Of a stretch of 64,000 bases of DNA, positions 20,470 through 30,034 are shown piece by piece. Position 1 is the first letter of the stretch; the number at the start of each line of letters is the position of its first letter. The stretch lies in assembly GCA_963804995.1 (NCBI GenBank), contig CAWDSK010000002.1:320001-384000 (forward strand), written 5' to 3'. The translations under genes and the position numbers were made by a program. Source of the DNA: an uncultured Acidobacteriota bacterium. GTDB lineage: Bacteria; Acidobacteriota; Terriglobia; UBA7540. The notes under the pieces are model-generated. The model was not told where the DNA came from. It made no database searches and saw only the letters and a list, made by a program, of their open reading frames with translations.

Positions 20470-21516
20470 TTACACCGCCGCCGCGGCGGCATTCATCGTG
20501 GCGCGCGTTCCCTTCCAAATATCGAGATAAGGTTTAAGTTCCTGCATCATGGCTTTGAACTGGGGCAGGCTGAGGGACTGCGCGCCGTCGCTCATGGCCT
20601 TTTCCGGGCAGGGGTGGACTTCCACAATCAAGCCGTCCGCGCCCACCGCCACAGCGGCGCGCGCCAGGGCCGGCACCAGGCTCTGCCGGCCCGCGGCGTG
20701 ACTGGGATCGACGATCACCGGCAGGTGCGTGAGCTCATTCAGCACCGGCACCGCGGAGATATCGCAGGTGTTGCGCGTGGCGGTCTCAAAGGTGCGGATA
20801 CCGCGCTCGCAAAGGATGATGTTGGGATTGCCGTGCGCCGTGATGTACTCCGCCGACATCAACAGCTCCCGGATGGTCGAGCTCATGCCGCGCTTCAGCA
20901 GCACCGGGCGCCGGCATTTACCCAGCGTCTTGAGCAGCGCGAAGTTCTGCATGTTGCGCGCGCCCACCTGCATGATGTCAGCGTACTCGGCGATCAGCGG
21001 AACGTCGGACTCGCTCATCACCTCCGTGACGATGGCGAGACCCGTAGCCGCGCGCGCTTTGGCCAGCAGCCTCAGCCCGGCTTCTTCCATTCCCTGAAAA
21101 TCATAGGGGGAGGTGCGGGGTTTGAACGCGCCTCCGCGCAGAATCTTGCCGCCTACCGAGGCCACGAATTCCGCCGCGGCCATGATTTGCTTCTCACTCT
21201 CCACTGAGCACGGTCCGGCCATGACCACGAACTCGTCACCCCCGATGGAAACTCCGTTAATAGGAATCCGCGTCCGCTCCTGCTTGAACTCCTTGCTCAC
21301 AAACTTATAGGGCGATGAGATTCGCATGGCGCTGGCAACCCCCGGTGCAACTTCGATCGCTTCCAGACACTCGGTCACATCACCCATTCCGATCACGCCA
21401 ATCACCACGCGTTCCTCGCCTTGGATCGAGTGGACCTTGTAACCGAACTCGCGGATGCGTTCGCAAACATGCTCGATCTGTTCCTTGGTGGCATTCGGTT
21501 TCATTGAGATGATCAT
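20470..21516 (-). CDS. aroF: DAHP synthase (class I-beta) with N-terminal regulatory domain
   Basis: [37 protein letters not shown]. Confidence 0.95.
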   Translation of the reverse strand: MIISMKPNATKEQIEHVCERIREFGYKVHSIQGEERVVIGVIGMGDVTECLEAIEVAPGVASAMRISSPYKFVSKEFKQERTRIPINGVSIGGDEFVVMAGPCSVESEKQIMAAAEFVASVGGKILRGGAFKPRTSPYDFQGMEEAGLRLLAKARAATGLAIVTEVMSESDVPLIAEYADIMQVGARNMQNFALLKTLGKCRRPVLLKRGMSSTIRELLMSAEYITAHGNPNIILCERGIRTFETATRNTCDISAVPVLNELTHLPVIVDPSHAAGRQSLVPALARAAVAVGADGLIVEVHPCPEKAMSDGAQSLSLPQFKAMMQELKPYLDIWKGTRATMNAAAAAV

Positions 21517-21532
21517 TGCCTTGTCCCCCCTG

Positions 21533-21566
21533 AAAACACAAAAGCCCACTCCATTTCGAGTGGGCT
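21533..21566 (-). terminator. Attenuator terminator upstream of aroF
   Basis: AGCCCACTC-GAAATG-GAGTGGGCT followed by TTTGTGTTTT. Confidence 0.85.
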
Positions 21567-21609
21567 GGCCTTTCTAGAATCCCTTTTTTCTTTTCAGACC
21601 AACGCCACC

Positions 21610-21681
21610 CTACTGGATCGGAGCAAAGCTCCAATACCAGTAGCTAAAGTACCTAAACGAATTGGCGTAGGTCCCGTACAT
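21610..21681 (-). CDS. Aromatic-rich leader peptide MYGTYANSFRYFSYWYWSFAPIQ
   Basis: 10 of 23 residues are Y/F/W; lies between a promoter and the terminator upstream of DAHP synthase. Confidence 0.88.
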   Translation of the reverse strand: MYGTYANSFRYFSYWYWSFAPIQ

Positions 21682-21690
21682 CAGAGGGGC

Positions 21691-21719
21691 AGTATACCGC
21701 AAGCGGTGAGAGGGCGCAA
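21691..21719 (-). promoter_or_regulatory. Sigma-70-type promoter of the aroF leader
   Basis: TTGCGC-17 nt-TATACT, 9 nt before the leader ATG. Confidence 0.7.
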
Positions 21720-21768
21720 GATTTCTGTGGGTTTAGGAGTGACTCATTTTGAGGTGCCACGGGCGTCC

Positions 21769-21897
21769 GAAGGTGTGAAGAAATAGTATTTTTACCGCGG
21801 AGGCGCTGAGACGCAGAGAAAAGGACCTTTATTTTCATTCCTCTGCGCCTCAGCGTCTCTGCGGTAAGGAGGTTTTAGACGATTTTTTCACACCTTC
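21769..21897. mobile_element. MITE (GAAGGTGTGAA...TTCACACCTTC) nested in a palindrome spanning 21751-21915
   Basis: Terminal inverted repeats; second copy at 32331-32450. Confidence 0.8.
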
Positions 21898-21967
21898 GGA
21901 CGCCCGTGGCACCTCGCATTGGGGGGGGTACGGCCAGTACACCTTGGACGTGTTAAAATAGGCGAAC

Positions 21968-22130
21968 CAAAAAAAGAGGGCCTCCACGGAGGAGGCCCTG
22001 CGAGTCAAGTGTATCGACGGTCCGGGTGTGGTGAGCGGGGGAGGGGAGCCCCTCAGCATTACCCTCTTCCCGCTCACTTACATCCCGGAAACTCCCCGGA
22101 AACCCGTTCGGCGGTCCCACCAATCTGTTC
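21968..22130 (-). ncRNA. Candidate structured small RNA ending in an intrinsic terminator
   Basis: Long interrupted hairpin, AGGGCCTCC-TCCGT-GGAGGCCCT followed by a T-run, TGTTATAGA -10-like motif upstream. Confidence 0.4.
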
Positions 22131-22599
22131 ATCGGGTCTCTATAACATCTTGGTCGCTGATGGCCAGCATTTCCGCCTAATTTGTTTCCGTCTTAATCAC
22201 GGCTCCTTCTGATGCTTGAACCACATGCAGAAGCAACCTTGATGTTGGGGGTCTGCACCAGAACCCCAGTTGCGTCCATGATGAATTGGGCAAGGCAGCA
22301 GGTCAAGAGGTTCAGAGGGGAGAGATGAAAATAGTTCGGATGGCTATACAATCCCTAGTAGCTTTTTGCTCTGCGTACCTAGATATTGTATGTCCTTGTG
22401 ATCTACCCTGCCCCTAGTGGTTCGAGCCCCTGGGCCCCGCGCTTCGGCACTCTTTACATCCAGGTCCACTGTTTTTCAAGTCGGCATTATCTCCGACTGT
22501 AGAATCTCCTTCCAGTGGCAGGCGCCTGAACACCCGGAAAGCAAAGTCATCAGAGGGCCGTGCCCGCCCAGGCTCGTCCAAATTACGCCCATAAGGACG

Positions 22600-23180
22600 G
22601 GTGACGATCTGCGGCTCCGCCGCTTGCTGTGCGGAAAGGCTGCGCCTTTCCGTGGCACGCGTGATCTAACCGACCTCCTCCGCGCCGTCTGGAAGGCTCA
22701 GCCTTCCAGACGGCGCGGAGGAGGAGAAAGTGTGTCCTCTGGACCGAAAGGGCAGACCGCTTCTTGGATCTACCGCCCTCGCCCCCTTGGGGGAGAGGGT
22801 GGACCGCCGCCGGCGTTCTCATCAGCCGGGGCGGGACGGGTGAGGGGGTCTAAGCCGTGAATATCGGAGATAGGATGAAGTTCGTATCTCTCCGCCGCAA
22901 GATTCGGTCACCGGCGCACCGCGTAGTGCAAAGTGATCGAGCGCGCCAGTTGCACGTCGCCCCCACCGAAACCGAGCCAGCGGCAAGGTGCTGGCTGCAA
23001 CGTTCGGGAAGCACCGGAGATGTGGGTGGAGAAAGTGCTGCGCGGCGTAGGGTCGGTGCCGGAGGTCTTGGCTGAAGGGGTGCCGGAGAGCGCCTCGAGC
23101 CTCGACCCCCTCACCCGGCCCGCCCCGGCTGGTGAAAGCGCCGGTTGCGGTCCACCCTCTCCCCCAAGGGGGCGAGGGCA
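22600..23180. repeat. Cluster of REP-like palindromes
   Basis: Near-perfect hairpin CTCCTCCGCGCCGTCTGGAAGGCT/AGCCTTCCAGACGGCGCGGAGGAG and an inverted CCCTCTCC-type pair. Confidence 0.75.
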
Positions 23181-23316
23181 GAGATTCTTGATTGGGCACT
23201 TTGAAAATGTGGAAACTCCAGGGAAGGGCAGAGCCCTTGTCGCCGCGGCGACCGAAGCCCATCAAATGCCAGCGTTGCTCGCTAATTTGGACAGCCTTGC
23301 GTGCCCGCAGCCCCCT

Positions 23317-24849
23317 TCACTGGGTTACGCCGCGTTTTTTGGCGACCCAGTCCTCCCACTGGCCAAATCCCTTCATTTGCTCGTCCAGCTTGGTGTCACG
23401 CAAAAGCTTTTCCACTTCCGCGCGCGTCTGGCGCGGCGCCGGACGGCCGGGGCTCTCCGCCAGTCCCCAGATCAGCACGGCGGCAATGGCGGCGTTGGTT
23501 TTGGCCTCACGGGGATTCACCGCGTCATAGACATCCGATTCGGCGTGGTAATTCGGCAGGTAGGGAGCCCACTCCTGGCGCGCCACCAGGTTGGGAACGC
23601 CGGAGATGAGAAAATCGAAGTTGTCCGTGCCGTCGATAGCCTCCAGGGTGTCGTCGGTCGCGTTCAGGCTGGCCACCGCGGCGAGGGCCTGGTCGACGGG
23701 CGGGCGCAGCTCGGCGCGGCCATTCAGATAGAAACCCAGGGTACGGCCGGAGCCGGTGTCGTAGGTGAGCATGGCCACGTGACTGCCCATCTCAGCGGCG
23801 TGCCGCTGGACGTAGGCTTCAGAGCCAAGCAGGCCTTGTTCTTCTCCGGTGAAGAGCACAAATCGCACGGTGCGGCGCGGCTGCAGGTCCAGGGCTTTGA
23901 AGCTGCGCGCGATGTCGATGACCATGGTGGAGTTGACTCCGTTATCCTCGGCGCCCGTGCCCAGGTCCCAGGAGTCCAGGTGCGCGCCGATCAGGACGAT
24001 CTCCTCAGGCTTCTCGCGGCCGCGGATTTCCGCCACCACGTTGCGCGCTTCAAAGGGGCCGCCCACGCGGCTGGGCAGGTCCAAGCGCAGGCGCACCGGC
24101 CCCAGCTCCGCCAGCCGAGCCAGGCGCGCCGCGTGATCACGCCCTACGATGGCGGAGGGAACCGACACCACTTCGCCGCCCAGCCCCATGGGGTGGCGAT
24201 AGAGCAACAGTTTCTGTTGTGATGATTGCACCAGGAGCGCCGCGACGCCCGACGCCCGCGCCGTCGCCAGCAGGTTGCCGTCGCGCGTGTATTCGGCAAA
24301 CAGATCGGCTTCTGTCTTCATTTCCGGCGAAAGCACCAGGGCGATGGCGCCCCGCGCGCGGTCGCCCAAGCGTGCGAACGCTTCCGAACTCCCATCGCCC
24401 GCGTTCACCAGGGGAGCTTCGAGAGCGTGTCCGCCGGGCGTGGGAGCGGTTGAGGGCGCTGAGGCCACGCGGACGGGGAATTCGACGGGCGCCAAGCACT
24501 GTGCCTGGTCATGCCCTCCCTCCCAGGCGCCGGGAATCGTATAAGTCTCAGTCCACACGGAATCCACCCCGGCGGCGCGGAAACGAGCCACAGCCCAATC
24601 CACCGCGCGCTCACAGGCTTTCGAACCCGTGGGACGGCCGCCGATGCCGTCACAGAGTTCGCGCAGATCGTCGAGCATGGGGGTGGGGCCGAGCTCGCGT
24701 CCCGCCAGGAGTTCAGCCGGGCGCGCTTCTGCAGCCTCACGGCCGGCCGGAACCTGTGGCGGTCGGGCGCCCATCTGCGGCAAGAGCCAAACCAGCCCGC
24801 CGACGAGCGCCAGGGCGAACCAGGTCTTTCGTAGAGCATGCACGTGCAT
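23317..24849 (-). CDS. M28 family metallopeptidase with PA domain, exported
   Basis: GAHLDSWD, GAEDNG, FTGEEQGL, YH zinc ligand; signal peptide. Confidence 0.92.
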   Translation of the reverse strand: MHVHALRKTWFALALVGGLVWLLPQMGARPPQVPAGREAAEARPAELLAGRELGPTPMLDDLRELCDGIGGRPTGSKACERAVDWAVARFRAAGVDSVWTETYTIPGAWEGGHDQAQCLAPVEFPVRVASAPSTAPTPGGHALEAPLVNAGDGSSEAFARLGDRARGAIALVLSPEMKTEADLFAEYTRDGNLLATARASGVAALLVQSSQQKLLLYRHPMGLGGEVVSVPSAIVGRDHAARLARLAELGPVRLRLDLPSRVGGPFEARNVVAEIRGREKPEEIVLIGAHLDSWDLGTGAEDNGVNSTMVIDIARSFKALDLQPRRTVRFVLFTGEEQGLLGSEAYVQRHAAEMGSHVAMLTYDTGSGRTLGFYLNGRAELRPPVDQALAAVASLNATDDTLEAIDGTDNFDFLISGVPNLVARQEWAPYLPNYHAESDVYDAVNPREAKTNAAIAAVLIWGLAESPGRPAPRQTRAEVEKLLRDTKLDEQMKGFGQWEDWVAKKRGVTQ

Positions 24850-25020
24850 GGCTTATCCCTTCAGATTACATGAATGCCAATCGCCGCCCTGCTCAGCCGC
24901 CTGACAAGCCGCTGAGAAGACCGAATGGCAACGATATGTGAATCCTCAGGGAAGTCAAGAGTGGCATAGTGGGCCTGAAAGTTGCGGAGCGAGGGATCGA
25001 CAGATGCTGGGCTGAAGAGA

Positions 25021-25257
25021 CTGCGGAAAAACTCGTGGCGCTGTCATTCTGAGCCCGCATTTTGGGCGAAGAACCCCCGTAGTTCGCTCTGCTCACGGCC
25101 TTCAGAACTGCCGAGGTCCTTCGCTGCGCTCAGGATGACAGTATCGGCGGGTTTTTCGGTAGTGTCTCAGTTTGATGATGTAGCGGCGAGTTTACCTCGC
25201 CATATGGCGGCGTAAAGCCGCCTCCATCAAACTGAGACACTACCGGTTTTTCCGCAG
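25021..25257. mobile_element. Nested MITEs: outer CTGCGGAAAAAC...GTTTTTCCGCAG; inner 25158-25244 with an 8-bp target duplication
   Basis: Inner TIR GGTAGTGTCTCAGTTTGATG flanked by GGTTTTTC on both sides; also contains a GTCATTCTGAG...CTCAGGATGAC REP. Confidence 0.8.
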
Positions 25258-25397
25258 CCCGTAAAGCCCGGCGCTAAAATGGCCACGCTGAGGATTTGCC
25301 GCTGTGACGGACATCGACGGCCATTTCGGTCTTTCGCGCCGTTTCCAGCCGGTCCGCCACCTGCCCTGAGTACCCCGTCGGTGGTATGATTTAGATC

Positions 25398-25562
25398 ATG
25401 AGCATCTACGCGACACTTTGGAAGTTGAAGTTCCCCTTTGCGGATTTGTACGAACGAATCTGCTCTGCTTTGCGAGGCAATCGGGCGCCAGTGATTGCTG
25501 AAATCATTCTTCCGGATGGGTCAAACCAAATCATTCGCCACCGACCAAAACCCGCGCAATAA
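25398..25562 (+). CDS. Small hypothetical protein (54 aa, MSIYATLWKLKFP...), possibly a remnant
   Basis: Open frame preceded by a TGGTATGAT extended -10-like motif. Confidence 0.4.
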   Translation: MSIYATLWKLKFPFADLYERICSALRGNRAPVIAEIILPDGSNQIIRHRPKPAQ

Positions 25563-25689
25563 CATTGTAAATCGCCTTGGTTGATCTAAGTGGTGCCGCG
25601 GAGGAGAGCCAGGTACGCCCACCTCCCCGCTCGCTTTTGCGGCCATTGTTCTGTAGAATCCGCGCCACAGGAGAGTTTCACTGGCGCTT

Positions 25690-25848
25690 ATGAAGACCTG
25701 CCCAACTTGCCAGCAGACCTACTCCGATGATGTGGAGTTCTGTCCGCGCGACGGGGCGGAGCACGCTGCTGTAGCGGCGGTCTCCGACCGCCGACGGCGA
25801 TCGGAGATCGCCGCTACAACCGCGCTGAGGATTTACCGCTGTGACTGA
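25690..25848 (+). CDS. 52-aa zinc-ribbon ORF, the detached N-terminus of the kinase, containing a REP insertion
   Basis: MKTCPTCQQTYSDDVEFCPRDG; out of frame with 25841. Confidence 0.6.
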   Translation: MKTCPTCQQTYSDDVEFCPRDGAEHAAVAAVSDRRRRSEIAATTALRIYRCD

Positions 25849-28783
25849 GATCGACGCCCATCTCGCTGCGAGTCTTTCACGCCGTTTCCGGCTTATCCGG
25901 CAATTGGGCGCGGGCGGCATGGGAGCGGTCTTCCTCGCCGACCAGATCGGTGTGGGCAACCGTCCCGTGGCGCTCAAAGTCCTGAACCGCAAGTTGCTGG
26001 ATGACCCTGAGTTCCTGCTGCGCTTTCAGAGTGAAGCGGCTTCCACGGGGCGCATTCATCACCCGAACGTCGTCACCATTTACGAATCCGGCCAGGCCGA
26101 TGACGGCACGCCCTACATCGCCATGGAGTACCTCGAAGGCGAATCCCTCCGTCAGGCCCTCGCGCGGCGGGGCGCGCTTCCCGTTGCGGAAGTTGCGGAT
26201 ATTCTCCGGCAAGCGGCGCGGGGCCTGAACGCCGCGCACAAGCTGGGCATCATTCATCGCGACCTCAAACCCGATAACATTTTCCTGACATATCCCGACG
26301 ACGACGCTGTAGCGCGGGTGTCCCCACCCGCGAACGCGCCGGTGTCCCCACCGGCGAATGTTCAGGTAAAACTCGTCGATTTCGGCATCGCCAAGCTGCG
26401 CGAATCCGGCCCACACACACAGACCGGCATGGTCCTCGGCACGCCTGCGTATATGTCATTCGAGCAGGCATCCGGCATGAGGAGCGATGAACTCAACGCG
26501 CGCTCTGACATCTATTCGCTTGGCGTGGTGACTTACGAAATGCTCACCGGCCGCACGCCGTTTCATTCCGGCACGCCGGTCGGGTACCTGCGCATGCACA
26601 TGCAGGAAGACCCGCCGCCATTCCGCACCGTCAAACCGGATTTCCCCGCGCTGCCCCAACTAGAAAGTGCGGTGATGAAGGCCCTCACCAAGGACCGCAA
26701 CCAGCGCTACAGTTCGGTGTTGGAATTTGCACAGGAGTTCGCACAGGCAGCCGAAGCCGGTTCTCACATTGCTGCACAGCCCGAGGCGCAACGGCAAGCC
26801 ACCAAGACTCAGCCGCAAACCACCGTCACGCCTGTACCCAAGACAATTGTTCCCGCTGCCGTGGACGGCACGGTTGCCGCCAAAGCCATCCCCGAAGCTG
26901 CTCACCCCTCACGACGAAAATGGCTCGTCACCGGGTCCCTTGTCGTTTTGCTTATTGCCGGAGCCGGGGGCTTCTGGTATCGGGCAAGGTTCGGATGGAG
27001 ACCGGCACGAGGACAAGTTGAGTCTGCTTCCGCTGTGCCCTTTAGCCCGTTCGTAATCGAACATACACTTGCGGGCGACAGCGGCGAGGTTATATCCGTC
27101 GCCTTCAGCCCTGACGGGAAATTGCTTGCCTCGGGTGGCAGGGACAAGACGGTCAAGCTCTGGGACGTGGTCTCTGGGACGCTGAGGAAAACGCTGACCG
27201 AGACCACCTGGGGAGGGGTTGGTCCTGTTGCCTTCAGCCCGGATGGCAAGCTCCTGGCCTCTGGAAGTGACGCCGGACCGATTAAGCTCTGGGACGTGGC
27301 CTCTGGGACGCTGAGGAAAACGCTTAGCGGACACAGCGTTGTCTACTCGGTCGCCTTCAGTCCGGATGGCAAGCTCCTGGCCTCTGGAAGTGACAACGTT
27401 AAGCTCTGGGACGTGGCCTCTGGGACGCTGAGGCAGACGGAGAGCGGACACCACGGCCTTGTCAACTCGGTCGCCTTCAGCCCGGATGGCAAACTCCTGG
27501 CCTCCACAATCATTGAGTTTCCCAGTCAGGATGGGAAATGGCTGGCCTCCAGAAGCGTTGACTTTATGCTCTGGGATGTGGCGTCCGGGACGCTGAGGAA
27601 AACGCTGACTGACTCCCACATGGGGTTTTCCCTCGCCTTCAGCCCTGATGGAAAACTCTTGGCTTCGGGAAGCGGTGACAAAACAACAGTCAAGCTCTGG
27701 GACGTGGCCTCCGTGATGCTGAGGAAAACGCTCGCTGGGCACGAAGACTCTGTCGACTCGGTCGCCTTCAGCCCTGATGGAAAACTCTTGGCTTCGGGAA
27801 GCGGTGACAAAACAGTCAAGCTCTGGGACGTGGCCTCTGGGACGCTGAGGCAGACATTGACCGGACATAACTCATGTGTCAATTCCGTCGCCTTCAGCCC
27901 GAACGGGAAACTGTTGGCCTCCGGGAGCGCCGACAAGACCATCAAACTATGGCGGCGTGAGGAAAATATCACTGGTTCAACCGGACGAGAGACCGGGGTC
28001 GAAGCCACAACCTCGCAAATGGTCCGAACCCCAGGAGAAATACGGGAGAATGCGAAAGATGGTCTCAGGTATGTTTGGATTCCACCCGGGACGTTCATGA
28101 TGGGCTGCTCGCGAGGAGACAACGGATGCATGGACGACGAAAAACCATCACACCGGGTGACCATCACCAATGGTTTTTGGATCGGGCAGACGGAGGTTAC
28201 GGTCCGGGCCTATAAGCGCTTCGCGGCGGCCACGAGGCGGCAAATGCCACGTGAACAGATTCGTGACGAGCCACCGCCCAATCCCGGGTGGGGTGATGAG
28301 GCCATGCCCATTTTCAATGTGACATGGGGTGATGCCCAAGCATATTGCAGTTGGGCGGGCGGGAGGTTGCCGACCGAAGCCGAGTGGGAGTATGCGGCGC
28401 GTGGTGGGAGCACCACAACGCTTTATGGACCGCTGGATGAAATTGCATGGTACCGTGGCAACAGTGGCGGCCAGAGCTTAAACGAAAAAGTTTACGGCAT
28501 GCACGAAGTGGGCCAGAAGCGCGCCAACGGATTCGGGTTGTACGACATGCTGGGTAACGTTTGGGAATGGGTGAACGACTGGTACAGCCCGAACTACTAC
28601 CACACCAGTCCGTCTCAGGACCCTGCAGGACCCGAGAGCGGGACAGAGCGAGTTCTTCGCGGCGAGTCCTGGTTCAACAATGCCAGTGACATTGGCGTAT
28701 CTGGCCGCAGCAGGGATGAGCCAAGCGGAAGGGAAAGCGGCTACGCAGGATTTCGTTGTGTCGGAAGAGTGTTTGCTCCCTAA
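25841..28783 (+). CDS. Ser/Thr protein kinase - TM - WD40 propeller - FGE/SUMF1-like domain
   Basis: GAGGMG, HRDLKPDN, DFG; seven VAFSPDGKLLAS repeats; RLPTEAEWEYAARG, DMLGNVWEW, GFRC. Confidence 0.93.
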   Translation: MTEIDAHLAASLSRRFRLIRQLGAGGMGAVFLADQIGVGNRPVALKVLNRKLLDDPEFLLRFQSEAASTGRIHHPNVVTIYESGQADDGTPYIAMEYLEGESLRQALARRGALPVAEVADILRQAARGLNAAHKLGIIHRDLKPDNIFLTYPDDDAVARVSPPANAPVSPPANVQVKLVDFGIAKLRESGPHTQTGMVLGTPAYMSFEQASGMRSDELNARSDIYSLGVVTYEMLTGRTPFHSGTPVGYLRMHMQEDPPPFRTVKPDFPALPQLESAVMKALTKDRNQRYSSVLEFAQEFAQAAEAGSHIAAQPEAQRQATKTQPQTTVTPVPKTIVPAAVDGTVAAKAIPEAAHPSRRKWLVTGSLVVLLIAGAGGFWYRARFGWRPARGQVESASAVPFSPFVIEHTLAGDSGEVISVAFSPDGKLLASGGRDKTVKLWDVVSGTLRKTLTETTWGGVGPVAFSPDGKLLASGSDAGPIKLWDVASGTLRKTLSGHSVVYSVAFSPDGKLLASGSDNVKLWDVASGTLRQTESGHHGLVNSVAFSPDGKLLASTIIEFPSQDGKWLASRSVDFMLWDVASGTLRKTLTDSHMGFSLAFSPDGKLLASGSGDKTTVKLWDVASVMLRKTLAGHEDSVDSVAFSPDGKLLASGSGDKTVKLWDVASGTLRQTLTGHNSCVNSVAFSPNGKLLASGSADKTIKLWRREENITGSTGRETGVEATTSQMVRTPGEIRENAKDGLRYVWIPPGTFMMGCSRGDNGCMDDEKPSHRVTITNGFWIGQTEVTVRAYKRFAAATRRQMPREQIRDEPPPNPGWGDEAMPIFNVTWGDAQAYCSWAGGRLPTEAEWEYAARGGSTTTLYGPLDEIAWYRGNSGGQSLNEKVYGMHEVGQKRANGFGLYDMLGNVWEWVNDWYSPNYYHTSPSQDPAGPESGTERVLRGESWFNNASDIGVSGRSRDEPSGRESGYAGFRCVGRVFAP

Positions 28784-28942
28784 CCCTTTTCCCTTTCCCT
28801 TGACGCCTTGTTGAGCGCATGTGGACCCCTTGCACTCCACTTGTCAATGCCCGAGAATTGAGCCCGGAGGCGGAAAACAAAGGCCACCACGGTGTAGCGT
28901 TTGCGCTTGCATCACGCTCTGGTATACAGCCCGGAGGCAAAA

Positions 28943-29287
28943 GTGGACAAAACCGATGAATTCGTGCGTGCCCGCAGCCGACTGACTGGCCTAAAACAGA
29001 ACATCCCGCCGGAATACGGCTACGTCCAAGAAGATTGCGTTAACGAGTACCATAAGGTTTTGGACAACCTGACCCAACTGGGATGTGATCTGGAGGAGTT
29101 TAAGATTCCTGACCAGTGGATGGAAACTTACACTTGGCAGGTCCCCGATGGCGAGGGCTATGAGACCAGGTATAGCAGCACGCGTCAGGTAATAAGGGAG
29201 AAGTTCCTGATGAAACTTGACTCGGTCCTGTACTACCTTTCGTCCCTGGCTTCATCGAAAAGTCAGGGTCCGATTGGCTTCAGATGA
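28943..29287 (+). CDS. Hypothetical protein
   Basis: GGAGG RBS before GTG; ends in PIGFR; lower GC than flanks. Confidence 0.6.
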   Translation: MDKTDEFVRARSRLTGLKQNIPPEYGYVQEDCVNEYHKVLDNLTQLGCDLEEFKIPDQWMETYTWQVPDGEGYETRYSSTRQVIREKFLMKLDSVLYYLSSLASSKSQGPIGFR

Positions 29288-29390
29288 TGCAGGAAGTATA
29301 TCGAATTTACAGGGATAATGATGTAGGTTTTCAACCTTCGGCTAGATGTCAATGTAGGTAATCTTCTCATTAAATTACGGAGCGAAACAA

Positions 29391-29708
29391 ATGGAGCAAC
29401 CCAAAGAGCGAAGCACCCAGGTAACGGTTACGTTTCAGTATAAGGGGCCAACTGATACAAGGCCGTGGGATGAAGGACAAGTCGCGGATCTTACCTTTAA
29501 GGTCCCGTATGGAACACCGATAGTTACTGTGCCCATACCGGCCGTAGGAGATAGCGTCAGCTTAGAATTGCAAAAAAAAATGAAATCGTACAAAGTCTTA
29601 ACGCGACATTTCTCCTATGATGAAGTTGAGGGCAGCCTGCTTATCGCAATAAACATAGTTGTCACCGATATAAGTAGTAACGAAATGTTGGAACGGTTGA
29701 AAGTGTAG
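29391..29708 (+). CDS. Hypothetical protein
   Basis: 105-aa open frame with GGAG RBS; low GC. Confidence 0.6.
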   Translation: MEQPKERSTQVTVTFQYKGPTDTRPWDEGQVADLTFKVPYGTPIVTVPIPAVGDSVSLELQKKMKSYKVLTRHFSYDEVEGSLLIAINIVVTDISSNEMLERLKV

Positions 29709-29709
29709 C

Positions 29710-29839
29710 TTTTCTCATGCCTGATGCCCTTGGCATCTCACGCCTTGTTCATGAGCGTTCTTTCCACCGCTTTCGGGTTTCGATCAATCACCGTCAAGTA
29801 GGCGCGCACCGCGCTTTCCGGCCGCCTGCGCCCTTGCTC
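29710..29839 (-). pseudogene. HigA/XRE-type HTH antitoxin 3' remnant plus downstream hairpin, copy 1
   Basis: EQGRRRPESAVRAYLTVIDRNPKAVERTLMNKA*. Confidence 0.75.
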
Positions 29840-29902
29840 AAAAGCAGTGACAAGTGACGAGTGGCGAGAATAACAATCCTCGAGTGGGGCCGGAGGCAAC
29901 GC

Positions 29903-29974
29903 GGCGCCCCACGAACACGGGCAACATCTCTGTCACCGCGTCCTATCCGTGGCCGGTTCTGGCTTCTTAACGGT
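29903..29974. repeat. Inter-cassette repeat B, copy 1
   Basis: GGGCAACATCTCTGTCACCGCGTCCTATCCGTGGCCGGTTCTGGCTTCTTAACGGT. Confidence 0.9.
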
Positions 29975-30034
29975 CGACGGCATAAAGGGTGATGGCGTCG
30001 CCACCCCACCAGTTTAGCGCTGCCAATACGTGAG

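Noticed and set aside
22933..24222. 429-aa plus-strand ORF
   Set aside because: Made of REP sequence and the antisense of the M28 peptidase
11399..28783. Diversity-generating retroelement (RT plus FGE-domain target)
   Set aside because: The RT lies within a complete group II intron, and I found no template repeat matching the FGE 3' end in the window
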